From NCBI GenBank assembly GCA_964016885.1, contig OZ024743.1, positions 83,452,001-83,516,000 on the forward strand: a stretch of 64,000 nt of DNA, read 5' to 3'. The stretch's first letter is position 1, and every line of letters starts with the position of its first letter. Shown here piece after piece: positions 56,677-64,000 of the stretch. The translations under genes and the position numbers were made by a program. The DNA comes from Eledone cirrhosa (taxonomy: Eukaryota). The notes under the pieces were generated by a model, which searched no databases, was not told where the DNA came from, and was given only the letters and a program-made list of their open reading frames with translations.

Positions 56677-57788
56677 TGAATATGTCATTTATTTTGTCTG
56701 ACCTGTTTAGCTTGACTTGTTTTTTGGCTTAGGTGGTTAATGGCTTCTTGACCGCCTTCTCAGTTTGTATGGCCTTTATAACCTATCTTTATTGCTCTGG
56801 TCTCTTTAGCCCACGGAGCGCTTGCCAGCATGACTCGGAATTTACGTTATGTTTCGCTTTTTCTACCCGCCGAAATACAAACATCGCTGAATTTATATTT
56901 ATATTAATCTCCCGAGTCTTACAATTAACCTGTTAATAATTCTATTGACAGATTAATTGCATAAGTTTATTTTAAAAACTACCTGGTCGAGAGCTTATTT
57001 GATTTGTGCTATTTATGCAATTTTTTGCATGGATTTACACATACTGAATTCATTTGCCAAAATCTGGGGGTTTTCCCCTGTGAGTTACACATGTGCTTTT
57101 ACAAAACACTGTGTCATCCACAACACTGGCGCAGAACAAAATACCTGTTGATAACGTGATATTTCTCGTTCGATCATTATACCAAAAGCTTATTGTTTTA
57201 AGCAGACAGTATTATTGATTTAGGTGTCACAGAAACCCTGTACTGGATTTTACCATCAATTCCAAGGGTCCAGGTTTGCTATATATATATATATATATAT
57301 CAATTTTATAGTTCTGGTATGTCAAATTAATACCATAGAACAACCACTGTATCATAGACACCCTATATATTTCCAGGGGTACTTAGTACCTGTGGGGATA
57401 TTAACTTCTTTTAATATTCTCCGTTATGTAGAGAACAAATCTGTTGTTCTATTTAGCTGCTATTTTTAGTGGTGAGGTAGACAATGCGTCTATGTTTACT
57501 TCCGCTTCTACTATGGGCTGGTTCATGCATAGGTCAAAATTTCGACCCCATTCGATCCTGTGCTAGCCGGCAGATGGCAATATATTTTGCCGTTCCTGGG
57601 ACTTTTTGTCCTAGGAAAGGAAAATGCTCTCTGATGATCTAAACTTTTCCATTGGAAGTCCCTAGGGATCTCCAATCTTTTGTGAAGTGAAACCGTCGGT
57701 AAAAGCAATTGGAATAGGTAAATATTTAAATTATATTTTTTAATTTATTTTAAAAAATTGTTTGAATCTTGCTTGCTCCGCTTATCTC

Positions 57789-57867
<79 letters not shown>

Positions 57868-58077
57868 TATGTCATTTATTTTGTCTGACCTGTTTAGCTT
57901 GACTTGTTTTTTGGCTTAGGTGGTTAATGGCTTCTTGACCGCCTTCTCAGTTTGTATGGCCTTTATAACCTATCTTTATTGCTCTGGTCTCTTTAGCCCA
58001 CGGAGCGCTTGCCAGCATGACTCGGAAATTGCGTTACGTTTCGCTTTTTCTACCCGCCGAAATACAAACATCGCTGA

Positions 58078-58083
<6 letters not shown>
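56677..58083. repeat. ~220-bp direct repeat (56677-56897 and 57863-58083)
   Basis: Near-identical copies flanking about 1 kb that includes a hammerhead. Confidence 0.85.
57625..57707 (+). ncRNA. Type I hammerhead ribozyme candidate
   Basis: tgctct-CUGAUGA-...-GAAA-ccgtcgg-UA-aaagca; stem II imperfect. Confidence 0.55.
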
Positions 58084-58153
<70 letters not shown>

Positions 58154-58502
58154 GTAGCCGATCTCTCAAACTTTTACGAGGCGCAGAGGGGATAAAGTTA
58201 ATACAAACAGTTGTCTGCTCATGCACATGGGTGCTATAAAATAGCTATAAAATATAGGGTGAAGACCCTTAGAAACGGAAGAAAACGTTGCCATCGACCG
58301 ATACGATGGCGATACCGACGATTGCGACAAAGTTCTCCAGGAAAGTTAACCAGGAATCTTTAAAAATTCTCCCACCGAAGTTAACAGAGAACTTACTAGA
58401 TCTACCAAATCAGAACATTATAAAATTAAATCAAATTGTTTAGAACTACAAGTGAAGTTATTCTTTTCCTTTTTTTCAAATATATATATATATACACACA
58501 TA

Positions 58503-58845
58503 TAGGAAAATAGGAAAAGAGCCAGGACCCCGACGGCTGAGCTCCGGCCGTTTCGACAGCTAGATCCGAAGTAAGCCACGAGTATTAGAACGGCGGGAAT
58601 CTAGCTCAACTTATCAAGGGGTACAGTCCATATATGAGCATGCAGTGAAAGCCAAAAAAGCAAAAATATCTAAGCAAAAAATGTGTTTACGCATGGTGGG
58701 TTAAAAATCTAATAAGAAACAGGACCTTGGTAGTAGTGCCGGGATTTAAGTGTTGGTATGGGTCGAAGAGGGCTCCACTATGGAAGAACAAAGAGGGTGT
58801 GGTAAGATACCAGGTGGATCATAACGCACCAGAGTACTCAATACA
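58503..58845 (-). mobile_element. Penelope pLTR fragment (second U3A8 subfamily) with the tail sequence placed upstream
   Basis: Hammerhead at 58527-58622; tail at 58787-58845 in the same orientation. Confidence 0.75.
58527..58622 (-). ncRNA. Type I hammerhead, U3-A8 core
   Basis: acccc-UUGAUAA-gttgagctagat...atctagctgtc-GAAA-cggc(cggagctca)gccg-UC-ggggt. Confidence 0.75.
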
Positions 58846-58857
58846 TATATATATATA

Positions 58858-59285
58858 TATAATATGAGAGACGTAAAATAAGAAAATTATAAAATTAACT
58901 TACTTACTAAAATATCACTTCCAACTAATTAGTTTCTGGAATGGAGTAAATATATTTTCCGAAGAAGATATAGAGAAACATTCCGTCGTCAGGGAAGTCT
59001 ATTCTCAGCTAAGTTTCCAGGCAAAGCGAGGACTCTGGAAACTGGAAACTTAGCTGAAAATAGACTTCCCTGACGACGGAATGTTTCTCTATATCTTCTT
59101 CGGAAAATATATTTACTCCATTCCAGAAACTAATTAGTTGGAAGTGATATTTTAGTAAGTAAGTTAATTTTATAATTTTCTTATTTTACGTCTCTCATAT
59201 TATTGTTCTGCAACCCCCATGCATTGAACCACAATGTTACTAAGACAAAACCTATATATTTGCTAGCATTGATATGCATCTGTAT
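58858..59285 (+). mobile_element. Fold-back element with two hammerheads and a right-hand tail
   Basis: Arms 58858-59019 / 59042-59203; hammerheads at 58917-58998 (-) and 59064-59145 (+). Confidence 0.85.
59064..59145 (+). ncRNA. Type I hammerhead ribozyme
   Basis: acttcc-CUGACGA-c-ggaatg...cattcc-a-GAAA-ctaattag-UU-ggaagt. Confidence 0.75.
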
Positions 59286-59628
59286 GTATATATATGTTAC
59301 TAGATATTAATTCTTTATATATATATATATATATATATAGTCTAAGTACCAATGTTATAGGAAATATATTTTCTATAATCTTGGATATACACTCACACAC
59401 TCACACACGCGCGCAGACACACACACATATATATATATATGAATGTACGTATTGTATATTTAACAATATACGGTATGTTTATGAAAAACATTTTGAAGGA
59501 CTTTCGGTATGAATTTTAAGGTTGTGACGGACGCCACATACGTAGCTTCAGCAAAAGCAGGGAGAAGTAATCGACGATGCCACCGTTTCTCACTCATAAG
59601 TGGTTGGTTGACAAGATATATATATATA

Positions 59629-59922
59629 TACACAAGTATAGACATACATATAAGGGAGTCCAACAGATACCAATTTTGCTCGATGAAGGAAACAAATATT
59701 CAGATCATAAAGATAAAGAAATATTTACCTATTTACTCAGAAGGTCCCTACTGCAGTTTCATTGAGAAAAACTCAATATTTTGAGCTGTGAAAATCTCAA
59801 ATCATCAGGGAACATTTTCAAACAAGAAAGAATTCAACAAATATAATTGGTTCTTATTAATTCCTTCATCGAGCAAAATTGGTATCTGATGGACTCCGTC
59901 ATATGTATGTTTATACTTGTAT
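59629..59922 (-). mobile_element. Element with ~60-bp inverted ends enclosing a hammerhead
   Basis: 59632-59691 is inverted relative to 59861-59920. Confidence 0.75.
59744..59813 (-). ncRNA. Type I hammerhead ribozyme
   Basis: gttcc-CUGAUGA-t-ttgaga...tctcaa-t-GAAA-ctgcag-UA-gggac. Confidence 0.75.
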
Positions 59923-60206
59923 ATGTATGTATATATCTTCAGTATATTTGTTAATTAAGAAAGCGAAATGTATTTATTTCTCCAATCAAGGTTAAGTCAA
60001 GAAAGGAACATTTGGTGTCTTACATCCAATTACAGGTTGAAAACTCTTCAGAAAGAATTTTTTAAAAACTACAAATTAGTTTACGAACATTGCTTTTGAC
60101 ATGCTTTTTTGGAGGGTGGTTGGGTTGAGAGGTGTTCTTTTCCCTTTGGTCATTTGATACAATGTATCTACATCTAACTAGCAAATATATTTATCTTATT
60201 CATTGT

Positions 60207-60382
60207 ACAGATACAATTCCGTTATAACGAATACCATTATAACGAATTTTTCAGTATAACGAAATTTTTTTCAATCGCTGGCCACACCCTCAATGTACTT
60301 CGGTCGATCTTGTTATAAAGAATTGTTCGTTACAACGATTTGTTTTATACCCCGTGAATTTCGTTATAACGGAATTTCACCC
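60207..60382. mobile_element. pogo/Tigger-like MITE
   Basis: TIR aattccgttataacgaa / ttcgttataacggaatt with internal tataacgaa subrepeats. Confidence 0.6.
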
Positions 60383-60699
60383 GAACAGCTTCTGTTGCTA
60401 GCTTTTCTTTTTCTCTTTATTTCTGTTAGCAACAGTGTTTGTCCTTTAAGTATCTTTCCGCAGTAGCATAAGGTCAATTGTCACCTCTTTCTTTTACTCC
60501 CTTACGGATGAGTAAAGAATTTGGCCGAATCGGACTGCTATATTTAGCAGCCCTTTCACTTACCATTGTCCACATACTTCTGCCCCTGTGTAGGACACTA
60601 ATCACGTGATAATTCTCCCGTTTGAAATTATCGCTGGTAGAGAACAACTCAGTTGAATTCTTTCTTGTTGGTAAATGTTCTCTGATTTAAGATTGTCAA

Positions 60700-61022
<323 letters not shown>

Positions 61023-61564
61023 TGTGTTTGTGTGTGTTTGTGTGTATGTGTGTGTACATACATAAATATATATATGTGTGTGAGTATAAGTGTGTGTGTG
61101 TATGTGTGTATATTTGTATATATAGATGTATATATATATATATATACATTCATAAATATATATTTTATGTGTCCATCTGTGTGTCTGTCTGTACGTATGT
61201 ATGTGTGCGTGCTTTGGTGGTTATGAGTCTGACGCCTTACTAAGACAGGAACCACATGTATGAATCTGTTTATTAACACCGATGTTCAGCTTGAGAACGA
61301 CTCTGATGTAACATTTACCACATTTCTTACATGCTATACTATGTAGTAATTGCTATACTATGTACTGGGGTCAGTATAACCGACTTTTACCTCCACTCAA
61401 CTTACTGACCTACTGCCTGTCGCTGGCCATCGTCCACAGACAATTCCATCATTGTATAACTTCTTGTAAAATATAATTGACATAATATGTTTATGTTTAA
61501 TCAATTAATAAACTTATTATATCTATATATTTCTATTTAACCTTAAACATCTGTTATATGATGA

Positions 61565-61782
61565 TGGTTTCTGATTTAGGCACAAGGCCAGCAATGTTTT
61601 GGGGGTGAGAGGAAAGTCGATTAAATCGACCCCAATACTTACTGCTGCTTTAATTTATCGACTGCGTAAGGATGAAAAGCAAAGCTAACCTAAGCGGGAT
61701 TTGAACTCAGAATGTAAAGGGTCGTAACTCTATGCCACACCATAGTGTCCGACGCACTCCCGATACGGCCAGTCCAACGCCC
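61565..61782 (-). mobile_element. SINE family A, diverged
   Basis: Reverse-complement match including the B box. Confidence 0.8.
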
Positions 61783-62139
61783 TTTGTTAGATGATAACAA
61801 AGACAAAGTATATGTGTAGAAATATTAGCTCGCCAAACGTAATCGTATCAAGCGGATGTAAGTCCCAGTATTCATCAAGATATATTATGTTTATTCACCA
61901 CTGGCGGGGGGGGGGGGGGGGGTTCTCTCTACCCTCAGTGTCACTCTTTCCGTCATAATGAAGTCTTTTCTCCCCCACCTCCACCTCTATAGTTCATGAG
62001 TCATCAACCGACTCTCCCTTTTTAAGTATAATATCAACCAGGTGGGACGTATATCTGTTTTCTAATTAGTCCTGTCCCCTCTTTCTTCACTCTAAAACCA
62101 GATGGTGATGGTGATGGTGGGATATTTCTGCTGTGGCAG

Positions 62140-62194
<55 letters not shown>

Positions 62195-62200
62195 CATATA

Positions 62201-62274
<74 letters not shown>

Positions 62275-62368
62275 CATACATACATACATACATACATACA
62301 TACATAACTACATACATACATAAATATATACATACATACATACATACATACATACATACATACATACA

Positions 62369-62453
<85 letters not shown>

Positions 62454-62781
62454 CTCAAATAAGGCTTAGAACTGACGAAAGGGAAGATCGCAGTAAAGTA
62501 TTTTAAAATAAAGAAACCTTAAAAGCGTCTCACCCCAGAGGCAAATATTTTGTCAAGGGATCTAAATCCATAAGGCTTAACAAATTTTCCTTTTTACTGC
62601 AGTTTCACAAGCTAAAAGTCAATTCTGAGCCTTATTTGATATAGTTCTATATTTGTATTCATAAGCTTCTCTGAATTATGTTCTAAGCAATATTATTCAA
62701 TGAGATGTAATATATATTTCTGACTAATTTTTTAATATATTATTATTATTATTATTATTATTATACATTTATATAGATACA

Positions 62782-62894
<113 letters not shown>

Positions 62895-63269
62895 AGTGTG
62901 AAGAGCAAACACAAAAATATACCTAATTATTTTTCAAAGTCTCGACTTTACAGTTTCGCCGATTGGTATGCAGCCAAAGTGCATCTAAAGTGCACTGGGG
63001 TGGTGAGGTTATTGGCTTGTCAAGCGATCCCTCAATGAAAGGGCAATTTCCTGAACTGACCGCTACCAGTGAATAATACATATACATATATATGCATACA
63101 TACATAAATATGTAGCTGCAAATCCACGACCTGTCAACTTTACTGGAACTGGAACCAATGTATACTGCTGTTGTCATCCCTCACACGAATACTTATGTTC
63201 TTCGTATTTTAGGATGTTCCTTTCTTTTAATTTCACCCTCCCCCTCATATTATCTTCCCAAGGCACAGT

Positions 63270-63530
63270 TAGCTAAACATCCAGGTCGTTCTTGACAATG
63301 CTATAAAGTCTAAACGTTGGATCGTTGTAGCAATATGGCTCGGAAACACAGGAGTTTTCTCTACGATCCACTTGTAGCTCCCAATCATTGGCACCTAAGA
63401 GACGTTCTGGGTACCGACTTTACTTTGTTTACCCTCCTATGTTGTGCTCATTACTCATCCCTGTGGAAGGCAATAGGGTGCAAGCATGCATTCGTTCCTT
63501 GCAGTAACACTGTTGCATTGGTGTTGTAAT
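63270..63530 (-). mobile_element. Decayed restriction-endonuclease LINE fragment (NeSL/Hero-like)
   Basis: LLGANDWELQVD and FPSHIATT in broken frames. Confidence 0.4.
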
Positions 63531-63534
63531 GCAT

Positions 63535-63580
<46 letters not shown>

Positions 63581-63730
63581 GTACATATGTATATATATTG
63601 GAAAATGTATGAGGTCGTTGGTACAGTTAGGTATATTTGAAAAAAAGAAAAAGAATGACTTCACTTGTAATTCTAAATAATTTGATTTAATTTCATATTA
63701 TAATAATATGAGTCGGTACCAACTCATAAA

Positions 63731-63922
63731 TTGGCAGTATCGGTAGAGGGTCGGACATGCTTTCAGCATAGTTACGTTCCTTTACGATCTTCCAGCATAG
63801 TTACGTCCCTTTACGATCTGAGTTCAAATCCGGCCGCGGTTAACTTTGCCTTTCATCCTTAAAATAAAGTACCAGTAATGTACTGGATAATTGCTGGCCT
63901 TGTGCCTAAAATATAAACAATT
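63731..63922 (+). mobile_element. SINE family A with an internal duplication
   Basis: Match to the family. Confidence 0.8.
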
Positions 63923-64000
63923 ATTATAATATTATAAAATTAAATCAAATTATTTAGAACTACAAGTGAAGTCATTATTTTCCTTTTTTTCAAATATATT

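Noticed and set aside
62450-62640. Further hammerhead candidates here and at about 60-85, 49400-49432 and 58255-58295
   Set aside because: Only half-motifs or multiply mutated cores; too weak to call

Overview
This is eukaryotic, very repeat-rich DNA: (TA)n, (CA)n and (CATA)n microsatellites and two large tandem arrays. The SINE and LINE repertoire resembles a cephalopod (octopus-like) genome; that assignment is inferred, not tested. No intact host gene is visible, only two candidate terminal exons, and most ORF-track entries are microsatellite translations. Recognisable mobile DNA includes R4/Dong-type restriction-endonuclease LINEs, RTE LINEs, a CR1-group LINE, Tx1/L1-like 3' ends, a decayed Chapaev3-like transposase, MITEs and about 15 tRNA-derived SINE copies. 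The main signal is a Penelope-like (Naiad-type GIY-YIG) system. One element has an intact endonuclease ORF between inverted pseudo-LTRs. About a dozen sequence-distinct families of short fold-back elements sit in (TA)n tracts and carry type I hammerhead ribozyme folds, about 25 motifs read by eye, intact or decayed. Two families use the rare U3-A8 core (UUGANAA), one of them with compensatory stem changes between copies. Two pairs of independent hairpin copies share an apex whose loop base is inverted relative to the tail (flip/flop). All folds were read manually and need covariance-model and cleavage tests.
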